From: Octopus sinensis
Taxonomy: Eukaryota
Assembly (NCBI RefSeq): GCF_006345805.1
Contig: NC_043005.1
Span: forward strand, 8,370,001 to 8,434,000
Length of the DNA stretch: 64,000 bases
Reading direction: 5' to 3'
Made by a program: the position numbers and the translations under genes. Numbering within the stretch: position 1 is the stretch's first letter; each line of letters begins with the position of its first letter. The notes under the pieces were generated by a model. It saw only the letters and a list, made by a program, of their open reading frames with translations. It did no database searches and was not told the DNA's origin. Below are positions 39,485 through 52,529 of the stretch, piece by piece.

Positions 39485-39685
39485 CTAGGCACAAGGCCCA
39501 AAATTTTGGGGTAGGAGCCAGTCGATTAGATCGACTCCAGTACGCAAATGGTACTTAATGTATCGAACCCGAAAGGATGAAAGGAAAAGTCGACCTCGGC
39601 GGAATTTGAACTCAGAATGTAAAGACAGACGAAAACCACTATAAATTTCGCCCGGCGTGCTAACGTTTCAGCCAGCTCGCCGCCT
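39485..39685 (-). mobile_element. SINE family C, tail type U
   Basis: Head and core as at 13441-13670, with a different tail (ccccaaaattttgggccttgtgcc). Confidence 0.85.
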
Positions 39686-39809
39686 TATGTTCCATGTTAT
39701 ATGAAGCAATACCCTAAATTGTATGAACTCATTTATTACATTATATAGGCTTTATTACACAGGTATCCTACTTAATAAATCAATACATTTTTTTTTACAT
39801 ATATGCACC

Positions 39810-40190
39810 TCATTGAGTCAACTACAATGGAGAGCTGATTTTCTATCTGATATGGTGCTACTGTTACACGCTCAGGCATCCCAGAGCGCATCTAGAGAGA
39901 TGTCGTTCAGCTGACGGCTACAAAAAATAGAAATGTGAAATACAGACATGTTCTTGCCCATTGATGTGTTGTCACCGATCTGTCGCTTTTCTATCGCAAC
40001 TACAGTCGTCTCTGCCCCTTAGAATAACTCGAATGGTGACACCTCTGACTCTAATATTATCTCGTCACTCGCTTCTCCTAGTGGATTATTCCAAACCTTG
40101 CTCTCACCACTGTAGCATTACGACTCCAAAATGTCGACCATCTGGAATTCCACCACTCGTCCCTCATCAAACATACCTTACTCTATATCG
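39810..40190 (+). pseudogene. Decayed CR1/Jockey-like LINE RT C-terminal fragment
   Basis: TTMES..GATVT..ERI.R..SLFYRNYSRLCP..TRFS..WNS matches the usual C-terminal motif order of these LINEs (by eye). Many stops. Confidence 0.5.
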
Positions 40191-40217
40191 TCGAGGTACA
40201 ACTTTAATATACTATGG

Positions 40218-40280
<63 letters not shown>

Positions 40281-40424
40281 ATCGTTATGGTAAAATCTAG
40301 CGTTCGGTTGAGTAAATTGTATTCTGGACGGATTCGGCTGAAGAGCCACGGATATGTTATGTGAGTAAAATTACATAATTTATTAATAGCGAAACAATTG
40401 TCCTGAACTAATCTGCATTTTTGT

Positions 40425-40560
40425 TATTTTTATTTGCCCTGTACGTTTGCGCTAGTAGTCGTGCTAACTTTCATCGGAAACAATTCTTTGTGGCTGAAAC
40501 CTAGCGGATCTATTTTTAGTGCTAGAGTCGACCACATAGTGGTTACTCTCTTATATTTAT
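40425..40560. repeat. Diverged solo arm of the 43773-44137 foldback family
   Basis: gcggatctatttttag..ccacatagtggttactctct aligns to the right arm of the foldback. Confidence 0.65.
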
Positions 40561-40575
40561 ATATATAATATCTAT

Positions 40576-40609
<34 letters not shown>

Positions 40610-41727
40610 AATATGTATGTATTTAATATTGTTGGTGTCATTTCATACGACCTTTGTTATTTATTTAGTATTTTATATCATTTATATCGTATATGTCTTG
40701 AATATATCTTTTACATCATATAGATATATATGGTTTATATGTTGCTACATGTTTATAAAATATTATCTAAATTTATGAAATAGCCTTCATCTGTTTAGTA
40801 AACATAACAAAGTAATTTCTCAAATATATAGAAGAGAAAGGAAGGAGAAAAATAGAAAGGTTGATTAATAAGATAGAGGGAGAGAGAGAGATAGAAGGGG
40901 CAAGAGAGGAAGGAAATAGCGAGAGAGATAAATAGAAAGAGCTAGAGAGTGAGGGAGAGAGAGACGGGTGCGAGAGAGAGTGAGAGAGATAGAGAATACT
41001 CAGTGACAGATACAGGTGAACATGTATCTATAAATAGAAATAGTAGAAGTTCCCAGTTTCTTTAGATATGTTTTGACAGATATCACAGCGGTATGGTCTG
41101 TATCTTCTATGCTTTTGTAAGTAATTAAATTATATCATATACATTATATTACATAAGCATAGCTTATATTGTGTCGACTATATTATATGGACAATATTAT
41201 ATAAACACTATATTAAACGGTATATCTATATCAATGAATATACCTATATTTATATCTCTCGAACGATGTACTTCACTATCTCTTTCTATCTTTCTCTATC
41301 TATCTGTCTGTCTATCCATATATGGTTTAATATCAAAATTAAATTATGAGAACGATATTACATAGGCACATAAACTAAATTAGATAAACACACGGGAGTT
41401 ATAAATATAAAATATTATAATATATGAACGGAAAGCGTAATACGTAAACAGTATTATATAATATATACCTGAAAGAGTAGAACACCTATATTATAATGCA
41501 TAAATTCACAGAAGTTAATTGTATAAAACTATGTATGTATACATACATAGGTAATATCAAATAAATGCACGAAGTATAAGTAATTTAATACGAACAGTCT
41601 CTAAATGTTAAACATGTAGACGTTATATAAGAAACACAGTCTCTGTAAGAAACAAATAAATGATATGTAAAAAATAGTCATAAAATAAAAACACATTTAT
41701 GATAATATGCGGACTATATCTATATGT

Positions 41728-42007
41728 GTGGACGCGCAGTGGCCCAGTGGTTAGGGCAGCGGACTCGCGGTCGTAGGATCGCTGTTTCCATTCCCAGACC
41801 GGGCGTTGTGAGTGTTTATTGAGCGAAAACACCTAAAGCTCCACGCCGGCAGGGGGTGTTTGCGATCCCTGCTGTACTCCTTCGCCACAACTTTGTCTCA
41901 CACTTTCTTCTGTTGGTCTGCCCGCTTAGCCAGCGGGGTGGCGTCATTTCATGGCTAAAACAATGCGAAGCGCATTGTGACCAGCGAAATGTAGCAACAT
42001 CTGATAG
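41728..42007 (+). mobile_element. SINE family A, tail A2
   Basis: tRNA-like head plus A2 tail. Confidence 0.87.
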
Positions 42008-43150
42008 AAAACATACTATGAAAATGCTATGCATTTTTTCCGATGGCCGGATAACTGAAGAGATGGCGGCGTGGATTTCCACTTCGGCATCCGAAACTAG
42101 GAGGTTTATCATGGCTATCGAATAAATGCCGCATATTACATTTACAGATAAATTCCTCTATTACCTCTATTTATCGAGGTCTCTTTCATTCTTTCTTTTG
42201 TTGTCTTACCTTTTTTATCTCTCTCTATATATATATGTATGTATACGTATGTATGTAAGTATGTATGTATATAGATATGTATAAGCCCATGCTCTTGCGA
42301 CTACTATGTGTAGTGGAAACAAAACACCGAAGGAGAGAGGAGAAAGTACTGAGCAAAACACAACATAAGAAAGTCACTTGACTCTTGAGGCGATCTGACA
42401 CATGTTTGACCCGATTTATTTATTTAGTTTCTTCTATAGTGTGAAGAATCAAAAACTCAAATACCTCTTCTTCTGTATTGTATTTTAGATTCTTTTCTTG
42501 CATATAAGAGGCGATTGCTGTAAATCGAGATAAGTGGTTTATATAACAAAGGCAATATCTATAGAATGATACCAACTGTGGAGTGATTCAGTCGTTGAAA
42601 GGCCAAATGTCAAAGCTTTACAATCGTAACAGTATTTAACGACATAAAAGAAATTACATTCAGAGATAGAAGAACTGTAGCGTGACACGAAGTGTAAAGG
42701 CCACTAGACAGACAAACCACTCTAACCCCCTCAGAAATATCATCTGTCTCAGTCAGTATTGATCACAACAAAACTCCATAATGTGCCATTCAGAAACACA
42801 TACAAGAAAAAATAAATAATAGAGGCAATAGTATCAATATCGGAAGGTATCAAGCAAATAAATCAATGCAGAATGAAAATGAAAAAGACATTCTACAACG
42901 CTTTGTTTATTTATTTATTTCGCAAATAAAATTCCAAAATAAAGAATTCTTTTATTCTCTTCTACGTTTCAGTTATTAGGCTGCGACCATGTTAAGGATC
43001 CAGCTTCCAGTCGATCAATTTGTGATGAGTATTTATTTCTTTCTGGTTATCGATATTCTTTTGTCGAACTGTTAATTACACAGACTTCAAAAAAATACAC
43101 CAAAAACAAGACTGATATTCAGACCTATGTAAACATAGAACGCACGCACG

Positions 43151-43202
<52 letters not shown>

Positions 43203-43258
43203 ATAAATAGATAGTTAGATAGATACACTCATACATGTACACACATATACATCTGCAA

Positions 43259-43300
<42 letters not shown>

Positions 43301-43306
43301 ATGTGT

Positions 43307-43610
43307 GTGGAGGCGCCATGGCCCAGTGGTTAGGGCAGCGGCTCGCGGTCGTAGAATCGCAGTTTCGATTCCCAGACCGGGCGTTGTGAGTGTTTATTGA
43401 GCGAAAACGCCTAAAGCTCCACAAGGCTCCGACAGGGGGTGGGGTGGCGATCCCTGCTGTACACTTTCGCCACAAATTTCTCTCATTCTTTCTTCTGTTA
43501 GCATGCTCGGTTAGTCAGGGGGTGGCGTCATTTGAAGGCTAAAACAATGCGAAGCGCATTGTGACCAGCGATGTGTAGCAACATCTGATACCCTGGTCGG
43601 TCACGTTGAT
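43307..43610 (+). mobile_element. SINE family A, tail A2
   Basis: tRNA-like head plus A2 tail ending in (AT)n. Confidence 0.88.
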
Positions 43611-43658
43611 ATATATATATATAAAACTATCTCTTTCTCTTTCTCTGTCTCTCTCTCC

Positions 43659-43707
<49 letters not shown>

Positions 43708-43772
43708 TAATTGAAATCAAAATGAGGGTGAAAAAATTGGATATTAATTTAATAACATCAATTTACACATAT

Positions 43773-44137
43773 ATACACATACATTTATATGTATGTGTGT
43801 ATATAATTAATACACAAATATGAGAGAGAATCCACTATGTGGACGCTCTTACGCTAAAGATAGATCCGCAAGGGTCTCAACCGCTAAGAATTGTTCTCAA
43901 GAAAATTTAGCAAACTATGAACGTAAGCGAGCAGGACAAATGAAAAATAACAAAAATATAACATTTTCATTTGTCCTGCTCGCTTACATTCATAGTGTGC
44001 TAAATTTTCTTGAGAACAATTCTTAGTGGTTGAGACCCTTGCGGATCTATCTTTAGCGTAAGATCATCCACATAGTGGATTCTCTCTCATATTTGTGTAT
44101 TAATTATATACACACATACATATAAATGTATGTGTAT
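43773..44137. mobile_element. Near-perfect foldback (MITE-like): 174-bp arms, 17-nt loop
   Basis: Arms 43773-43946 and 43964-44137, with 5 mismatches counted. Confidence 0.85.
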
Positions 44138-44176
44138 GTATATATATATACTTACGTACATACATATATGTATATG

Positions 44177-44246
<70 letters not shown>

Positions 44247-44464
44247 AAAAGAAAGAGTGAGAGAGTGAGAGAGAGAATATATGTAAATATCTTACACGAT
44301 ACGCACAAACATTGCCTACTGACCAGTTTGCATCTACTAAATTCTGCTCATAAGTATTGTTCCACTCCAGGCTATACAAAAATAAGCTTGCGTAGGGTCC
44401 CGAGAAGTGAACTTGAACACAGAGTCACTTGCGATTGGAATGTTTTAACAACATAACCGTGATC

Positions 44465-44552
44465 CACGTAGCGGTTTAAAGTGCGGGCTACTAACCCGAA
44501 GATTCCGAGCTCCATTCCAGGCAGTGACCTGAATAGTAATAATAATAATAAT

Positions 44553-44588
<36 letters not shown>

Positions 44589-44610
44589 AATAATAATAAT
44601 AATAATAATA

Positions 44611-44646
<36 letters not shown>

Positions 44647-44844
44647 GCAACAACAACAACAACAGCAAAAAATACCTTAGGAATAAGAACACAGGTTCGA
44701 AATTTCCCCAAGATACCGGATGAAGACTGGAGGGTATATCAGCCGAAACGTTGTGTTAATAACAAACAAGATGAGGACAAATATCCGCCTATTGTAAATA
44801 ATGTAAATAATGTACATAATTCCTCATCTCTTAAATATTGAACT
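44465..44844 (+). mobile_element. SINE-like element: degenerate tRNA-like head, (AAT/AAC)n spacer, tail with hammerhead-like motif
   Basis: Head tagcggtttaaagtgcgggctactaacccgaagattccgagctccattcc. Motif ATAC CGGATGA agactggagggtatatcagcc GAAACGTT GTGT at 44713-44756. Confidence 0.6.
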
Positions 44845-46365
44845 AACAGAATCACTAATATAGGTGATTTCAAGCAGACATACCTAGTATGTCCTTTGAT
44901 TAATTTTAATCATTCAGCTATTTAATGCTTTTTGGCCTGGTTTTCACGCTTTCTATTGTTGTATTTTTAAAAATAATTTTTGCAATGCTGAAGTGTGTTA
45001 AACATTAGAAAAATATTCAGTTATATTTATAAAGTTCTATTAGCGCTTTCATACGTTCCTAGTAATCATCAGATTTCAAAATGTATTTAACTGACTGTTG
45101 AGTTTCTTAACTGTAGTAAAATAACTGACCTCTTCCCTTTTATACTTTTTAGAAGGCTCCGACAAGCTGAATTTTTCGAATACGTTTTTAACTAAGCAAC
45201 ATAACCAATTAGCTTGGGGTTTGTATGTAACGGTTTTATGACTGAGCAACCTTGGTTGATTTCGATCGTTTTTATTTCAATCGGTGGAAGTCTTCTGCAA
45301 TTTGTTTATATTCATATGTTAAAGATACTTTCTAATCCACATCATTAACTGTTATTGTCATTATTTCCATTCAGAGAAAGTTTGTACACTTCAATAAGAC
45401 GTTTTACTTTTTTCTTTCTTCCAACCTCACCTTTCCTAGATAGTGGAAAGGAAAAATTAGGAACATTTTCTGACCACATGCTTCTATCTGTTCGCTAACT
45501 GGAATTTGGCTAATATTAGTGTTCCGGATTTACTGTCTGTGGACTCGTGAGCCTTCCGATGATGCATTTCCTATCTCGCCAATATATAGCTCTTTGTAAT
45601 TAAAGCATTTAATGCAGTAGATCAAATTTCTGCTTTTGCAGTTCATATTTGCATTTTTGAAAATCTATCCATTGTTTGTTCTAAATAATATTTAAGCTGC
45701 ATGGTGATTAGTCAAAACCGTATTTGAAAAACTTAGCTTTTCAGCGCCTTCTAAAAGGTATAAAAGAGAAGAAGTCAGTCGTTTTACTACAGTTGTCAAG
45801 AAACTCAACTGTCAGTTAAATAGATTTTGAAATCTGATGATTATTACGAACGTATGAAAGAGTTAATTGAACTTTATGAACAGTACAATATATTTTTTAA
45901 ATGTTTAACACATTTCAACATCGTAAGAAAATGTTCTAATACACTAATAAAAAACGTGATGTATATAATCTCGGGTTAGTTGCGAGGTTTCTCATGAGTG
46001 CTACTGATAAAATTAAACCCAGTACGGTCTCCGTCATGATTCGCGTCGTCTGAGACTAAATGGGCACCAGCACTACGTTTGCCTGGTGAGGAAGGTTGTT
46101 CGAAATACATCAGTCCTTAACACAAAGCTGTCAAAAGGATGGATGGATCTAGTGTATATTCAACGACTATCTAGAAACAGCACGGCCTCTCAGTAATTCC
46201 GGATTAGCGTATAACGTGGTGGAAAAGGCACATTTTAGCTTTCGTTTAAGCATGTCACATGGTGAAGGCCAGTCTGATATAAAATCAGATATGTAGGGAA
46301 TGACAATAGTCATTTTCGGGATCTTTTACTTGTGGAATTAGTGGTCAATCATGTATCTATGTATC

Positions 46366-46408
<43 letters not shown>

Positions 46409-46499
46409 TATGCATGCATGTATACGTGTATAAATACATGCTTATATCCATATGTAGATATCTATCTATCAATCTATCTGGCACTCTGGTAATGTGTCA

Positions 46500-46730
46500 G
46501 TCTGTCTGTGTATATATATGCATATGTCTACGTGTGTGTATATTTGTGTTACGTTTGTAACCCCTAACTACTTGACAATCGTTATTGGTTTGTTTACGTT
46601 TATGTAACCTAGCGGTTCTGTAACAGAAGGCAGTATATTAAAAATACCAATCTTAAGTCAACAGTATTGGTTCGATTAGACCCTTCAAAGCATTGCCCCA
46701 GCATGGCTGCAAACCAATGACTGGAACTAC
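46500..46730 (+). mobile_element. Decayed SINE family B 3' half
   Basis: tacttgacaatcg..tttacgt..tagcggtt..ccccagcatggctgca..tgactggaac. Confidence 0.6.
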
Positions 46731-46816
46731 GGTCAAAAATACGTGAATTATATATTGTATTATATTATACTTGTGTCTATGTGCGTATAAATGTACGTAT
46801 GTAAATATGTATGTTT

Positions 46817-46904
<88 letters not shown>

Positions 46905-47029
46905 GTATATTATGTATGTGTATATATATGTACATATATTACTATGTGTATATATATATATGTGTACAAATATTATGTATGTATACATATATATGTACGT
47001 ATATTATGTATGTATATATATATATACCA

Positions 47030-47235
47030 TGTGACCTCGTCTGGACCACTAGCGATTTTTTCCCCTGTCTTCCCTTCTCGGGATCTTTCCTTCTCCTATG
47101 TTTCCGACGAAGAGCTCTACTTGGAACGTCAAACCCTCCTTCTTCCCTTCTTTCCTGAGCGTCCAATAATACTTTATTAGTTCCACGTCCTTGCGTTGTT
47201 GTTTTTTTTGTTTTAGGTTTCTTGTTTGGATTAAC
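47030..47235 (+). mobile_element. Penelope-like pLTR fragment with degenerate hammerhead (47100-47134)
   Basis: Homologous to 474-680 (reverse complement) and 63410-63510. Confidence 0.55.
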
Positions 47236-47869
47236 TTTATATATATATATATTTATATATATATATGAATATGTGTGTATAATGGTATAGTGAAAATGTC
47301 TGCTTTTTTTAAAGTTGTATAGAAATTTCGAAAGTGTTGTTGGTGGTGATGATGATGATGATGATGATGATAGTGGTGGCGGTGGTGGCGGTGGTGGTGA
47401 TGGTGACCAACCTCTTTATTTATTCAATATTGTTAATTTCCTGATGGAAAGCGGAACCGAATACACCATTAGATAGCTTGTATAGATTCACTGTCACATC
47501 ACTGTATGTTTGTCTTTTCTTTATTATCGTCCTCTGTTACTGTTCTCTGTATTCTCTTCTTTATCAAGTTCGATTCTAATTAGGCATCATCTTTACCCCT
47601 ACTCTCCTTCATCCTGTCTTTTCATCTCTAATTCTTTCCACCGTTTTTTTTCTTCCATTTACATCTTAAAATTCTGTCATCAGAGTTCGCGTTCACCACT
47701 TGTCCCCTTTATTTTAGCATACTTTCGGGTTCACATAATCCGCTTCAGGATTTCCTTTAATATCCCCCCCCCCACTTTCTCTCCTTGTTTCCACCTTTTT
47801 TCTCTTTCTTCAACTTCACAGCATCCACTTCTTCTCCTCTTCTTCGACCCAACACCTTTCCTCAACATC

Positions 47870-47992
47870 ATCCTCATAATCGTCACCACCACCACCACCA
47901 CCAACTCCTTCATTATCGTCATCATCATCATCAAAATCATCATCATCATCACCATCATCATTATCATCATCACTACCACCACCACCACCACC

Positions 47993-48026
<34 letters not shown>

Positions 48027-48112
48027 TCATCACCAACAACAACATCACCATCGCCACCACCACTACCACCACCACCACCACCACCACCACCACCACCACC
48101 ACCACCACCACC

Positions 48113-48146
<34 letters not shown>

Positions 48147-48217
48147 TCATCACCAACAACAACATCACCATCGCCACCACCACTACCACCACCACCACCA
48201 CCACCACCACCACCACC

Positions 48218-48248
<31 letters not shown>

Positions 48249-48560
48249 GCATCACCCGTGTTTATGTTCACTACCGCAACGAACATCTGATTTCCCATCT
48301 TTCTTTCAAATTTGTGTCATATATTTTATGTCTAATTTAGTTCGAGCATTTCATTGTGTCCTTAATTGTATTCACTTGTAATTGTCTTCAGTTCTCGCAC
48401 CTAATTAATCATCATTAAAAACATCATCGCAATATTGATCGCCATTATGGTGTTTAGGATGATGCAGAGTATAATGATGGTGATGATGATGATGATCATC
48501 ATCATCATCATCACCACCAATCTTATTTTGTCATTACTTTCAGCGTCTTGGTTGCCATCG

Positions 48561-48598
<38 letters not shown>

Positions 48599-48628
48599 GT
48601 CGTCGTCGTCATCGTAGTCGTCGTCGTC

Positions 48629-48661
<33 letters not shown>

Positions 48662-48671
48662 GTTATCATTC

Positions 48672-48727
<56 letters not shown>

Positions 48728-48757
48728 GTCGTCGTCGTCATCGTAGTCGTCGTCGTC

Positions 48758-48790
<33 letters not shown>

Positions 48791-48810
48791 GTTATCATTC
48801 TCATCATCGG
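47870..48810. repeat. Compound trinucleotide arrays (ACC)n/(ATC)n/(GTC)n with higher-order duplications
   Basis: Directly visible. Source of the poly-H/T/I/G/D ORFs. Confidence 0.95.
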
Positions 48811-49139
48811 CATCATGATTAACTGTGTCCTCAGCATTGTTATTGTTTCCTCAACAGATTCCGTATTGACGTCTTCATCATCATCATCATCTGCACCGTT
48901 ATATAATATAATCCCTATTGGATTAATTTCCTTTTCAAAGAAAAGAGAAGCGGAATTTCTAAGATTAATTTTTTTCAGCCTACAGCAACAGTAATGGAGT
49001 CTCCCACAAGCCGGACCTGGCTGTATTAAATATCAAGGGGCACATTTGGAGATTTTACTGGACAAGGAAATATAAATCGGAATTGTCGTAGCTTGGATAT
49101 ACAAGGTTGAAATGAGGTCAAATAACAGCAACAGCAACA

Positions 49140-49170
<31 letters not shown>

Positions 49171-49599
49171 CAACAAGAACATCAACATAAACAGCAATCA
49201 AAAACATTCTTCTGTTTTGTTTTTGTCTCCCTTAGGATTATACAAGTGTCGATAAAGCACTAGATGATGATAGTGATGACGATCATCCTCCTCCACCCCC
49301 TGCTCCTGCTCCTCCTCCTGCGCCTTTTACAACTCCTCCTCCTCCTCCTCCTCCTCTTCGTCATGATGATCATCATCATAAGCAGCAATAGCAACAGCAC
49401 CAGCAGCAGAAGTAGTAGCACAGTAATAACAGCAGCTGCACGATACAAAAATCGTTTAATTTCCCAATTAATATTTTAAACAGGAATTCAATTTCGAAAT
49501 GGGAAAACGAGTCTCATTTGTTCCAGATTAAATTATAATCCTTACGAAGATTTATTCTTCCGAAAACTAAGATGATAATATTTATCCCCTCTTAAACAA

Positions 49600-49976
49600 G
49601 GGCGTTCTGTTAGAACAAACTATACTGTGATAGATACCACGAGAGAGACACTCGTGTTGGCTTTCGGTGCAGAATGCACGCTTGTTTATATCCTTAGCGG
49701 GGAGATAAATTCCTGGCATCTCCAGCGCCGAGACCTCCAGGTCACGTGATTTCGACTTTCCTTGTTTTTCGCAATGATTAAAGCTCGACCGTTACAAATA
49801 GCAGCGACTCATCTCCGCGCCAGTGATATATAGAAAAACAGTGCCAGAACAGACATTGTCGGGGGATTCATATCCCCGCTAGCAATATAAACAAGAGTGA
49901 ATTTTGCACCAAAAGCTAACATGAGAGGTTCTCTCAGGGTAGCTATCACAGAATAGTTTGTTCTGACAGGAGGCCC
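49600..49976. mobile_element. Old MITE-like element with ~110-bp imperfect TIRs
   Basis: 49600-49713 pairs with 49864-49976 at roughly 80%. Termini GGGC...GCCC. No clear TSD. Confidence 0.6.
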
Positions 49977-50032
49977 ACTTTCAAGTGGGAATGAATATTA
50001 CCTCTCGGTATTAATACTCTCCCTGTGGCTAA

Positions 50033-50425
50033 TATCTCTCTATTTATAAAGCTGAAGTTGTCTGTGTATGGCAAGTTTGGTAGCCTTCAACTAACACTAT
50101 CTCCTTCGAGACCTGCGGCGCAAGTTGACCAAAATTGAGAGTATGATAGAAGGCTTGCTATTCCTTCCGTAGAAGAAAAAATTCAAATCGGACCATGTTA
50201 ACACCAAAAATTATTTACATCAAAAAGGTGCTTTTTTTCTATGAAAATCCCTAATTTTTATGATTTTTTGACTGCTGTGATGCCATATTTCGGTGTATTC
50301 CAACCAAAAAAATGTTCACTTAAAGAGAATAACAAGCTACATAATGCAAAGTTTTTACTTTTCAAAAATTCCAGTTCTAAAGGGGTTGAAACAAACCCGA
50401 GCAACGCTAGGTGATACTGCTAGTA
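50033..50425 (-). mobile_element. Non-autonomous Helentron-like element
   Basis: Reverse complement starts TACTAGCAGTATCACCTAGCGTTGCTCGGGTTT and ends caacttcagctttataaatagagagat. The interior is unrelated to 896-1300. Confidence 0.65.
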
Positions 50426-50904
50426 TACTGATAAAGACAATACTTGAAAAAATAATGAATGAATGCCATAGTATTTCAATCTGTATGTTCTTTTTCGACT
50501 GGGTAGCTTCTTTAGTCCCAAGTTAATACAGTCAAGAGCGAACTGATGGTATCATAGCAATTAAGAAGTAAGTTTCTGAAATTTGTGAGGTATAAATAGA
50601 ATTCAGTATATCGCTACTCCAGATTTTAACAGTAATATACTGTACTAAAATCTCGAGCAGTTGTCCATTTAATAAAGCTCAGTTAAATTAAATTTTATAC
50701 AATTTCTTATAACCAAGTCTTTCTTATAACATCGTCCCTAACTGCGAACTGATTGCGAATAAAATTAACATTATGCTAACCCTAATAGTGAAAACAGGCC
50801 AGCGCATTGTCAACTTGAAGCTGAGATATGAAATATTAAAGTATTATTTCATAAATATCGATGCGACTTTTGCTGTTGTACCCAGATCTAATATTGATTT
50901 CAAA

Positions 50905-51220
50905 TCTTGACACAAAGTCAGTAAATTCAGGAGAGGGGGTAACTCCCCGGTGCTCAACTGGTACTTTTTTATTCACTCCGACCTTGGAGGAATTTGAACT
51001 CAGAACGTAAAGATGGACAAAATGCCGTTAAGGCTTTGCTCGGCGTGCTAACAATTCTTCCAGCAGGCTGCCCAATTTAGAGGGAATGCATAAATCTATT
51101 ACTCAGCTGGTACTTATTTTATCGACCCAAAAAGAATGAAGGGCAAATCCTAGCTCGGCGGAATTTGGACATTGATGAAATTTTTGCATTTTGCTCGGCG
51201 TTTTAACGACTCTACCAGTT
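50905..51220 (-). mobile_element. Two decayed SINE family C fragments
   Basis: gaatttgaactcagaacgtaaag and tttatcgacccaaaaagaatgaagggcaaa motifs. Confidence 0.65.
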
Positions 51221-51303
51221 CACCGCCTACTTGCGTGTTAGATTAAGTCATGGTCTTATTCTAAAAGAATCCCGAAGCTGTATTAGTGATAAGGATGATT
51301 ATG

Positions 51304-51380
<77 letters not shown>

Positions 51381-51384
<4 letters not shown>

Positions 51385-51923
51385 GCCCTGATGCAGTACC
51401 AGGGAGTGGCTCTCATGGCTTCTGATCTTAACTGACTGCAAGTGTTGTCTTGGTATAAAAGTTGGGCTACACCAAATATTCTGCTCAATACCACAGATTT
51501 AGTTGTCAGTGTGGTTTGACCATAATCAGTTGAGCATGTCCCTTAGTGGCTGACGATATGTGCATCTCTGATCACGAGCAGAAATAGTGGGGGAGCATCA
51601 TAGCCATGTGTTGAGAGGGATTCTTTGGGGTTTAAATAATTCACATCTGGAAACATGGGTGTTTCGTTCAACATCCTTAAACAACCCTTATTCAGGGACA
51701 TTTTGAGCGGGATGGGCTACTCGACCAGAAGAAAATTCTAACTGGGCCCACCTGCAAGGTCATGCACTGTTTATCTTGATATGAGAGTACCGTGTCGCGC
51801 ACACATGGTTGTGATGCATGTGCCTGTTGTACCCTTATCAGATGGGTAGTCTTGATGGGTATACTGGGCATCATATATTTTACCCCAGTGTCACTTTGAT
51901 GGCATGCGCTGCTCTCTCACTCC
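51381..51923 (-). mobile_element. ~540-bp non-coding interspersed element inside (TAA)n
   Basis: Higher-GC block flanked by (AAT)n at 51300-51383 and ataataataat at 51924-51934. The minus-strand 3' end is ...ggtactgcatcagggcattt(att)n. Family assignment is uncertain. Confidence 0.5.
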
Positions 51924-52529
51924 ATAATAATAATATTAATGATGATAAACCCTTTAGATTAATTCGCCATTATTTAAGGTGAATGTGTATAAGTATATAA
52001 ATATAGTTCACCTTTACATGCATAAAAATATATTTATTTACTTAAAACAGATGCTAAACGTTTCCTTTCAGAGTAATTAATCTTTCTTCATGATTTAAAT
52101 ATCCATTGTAAAAAAATATTTAGTGACGAAGCAGTGATACTATCATAAGACAATCCTTATACACAGCTTAACGGGGATATATTGTCTGAACGCCGAATAC
52201 TGCGGTATCTGTATTGAGAAGTCCTCTTATATAGAGGCAGGGTGTATAAATGTGTAACAGGATGAGAGGTCCCCGCACTGGATGGATGCAGCTCGCATCC
52301 TTTACATTAAAATATTAATAGAAGGAAAGAGTCAAGACTTCCGATTAACTTCAACTGCATAAATATTTCATTTCTGGATTCGCAATAAACACATTCTTCT
52401 TTCAGGGCGAATCGGCAGCCTGCGAGCTCGTCGCAGTAGTCAAGTGGAGTGAGCCAAATCCCGTCCGTTCAAGCATAGCGGAGAAACGCCACGAGGTAGC
52501 AGTTTCAGAGAGCGGCTAAAATACGAATG

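Noticed and set aside
47510-48994. Poly-His, poly-Thr, poly-Ile, poly-Gly/Asp ORFs
   Set aside because: Trinucleotide arrays open in most frames on both strands, with no splice or homology support.
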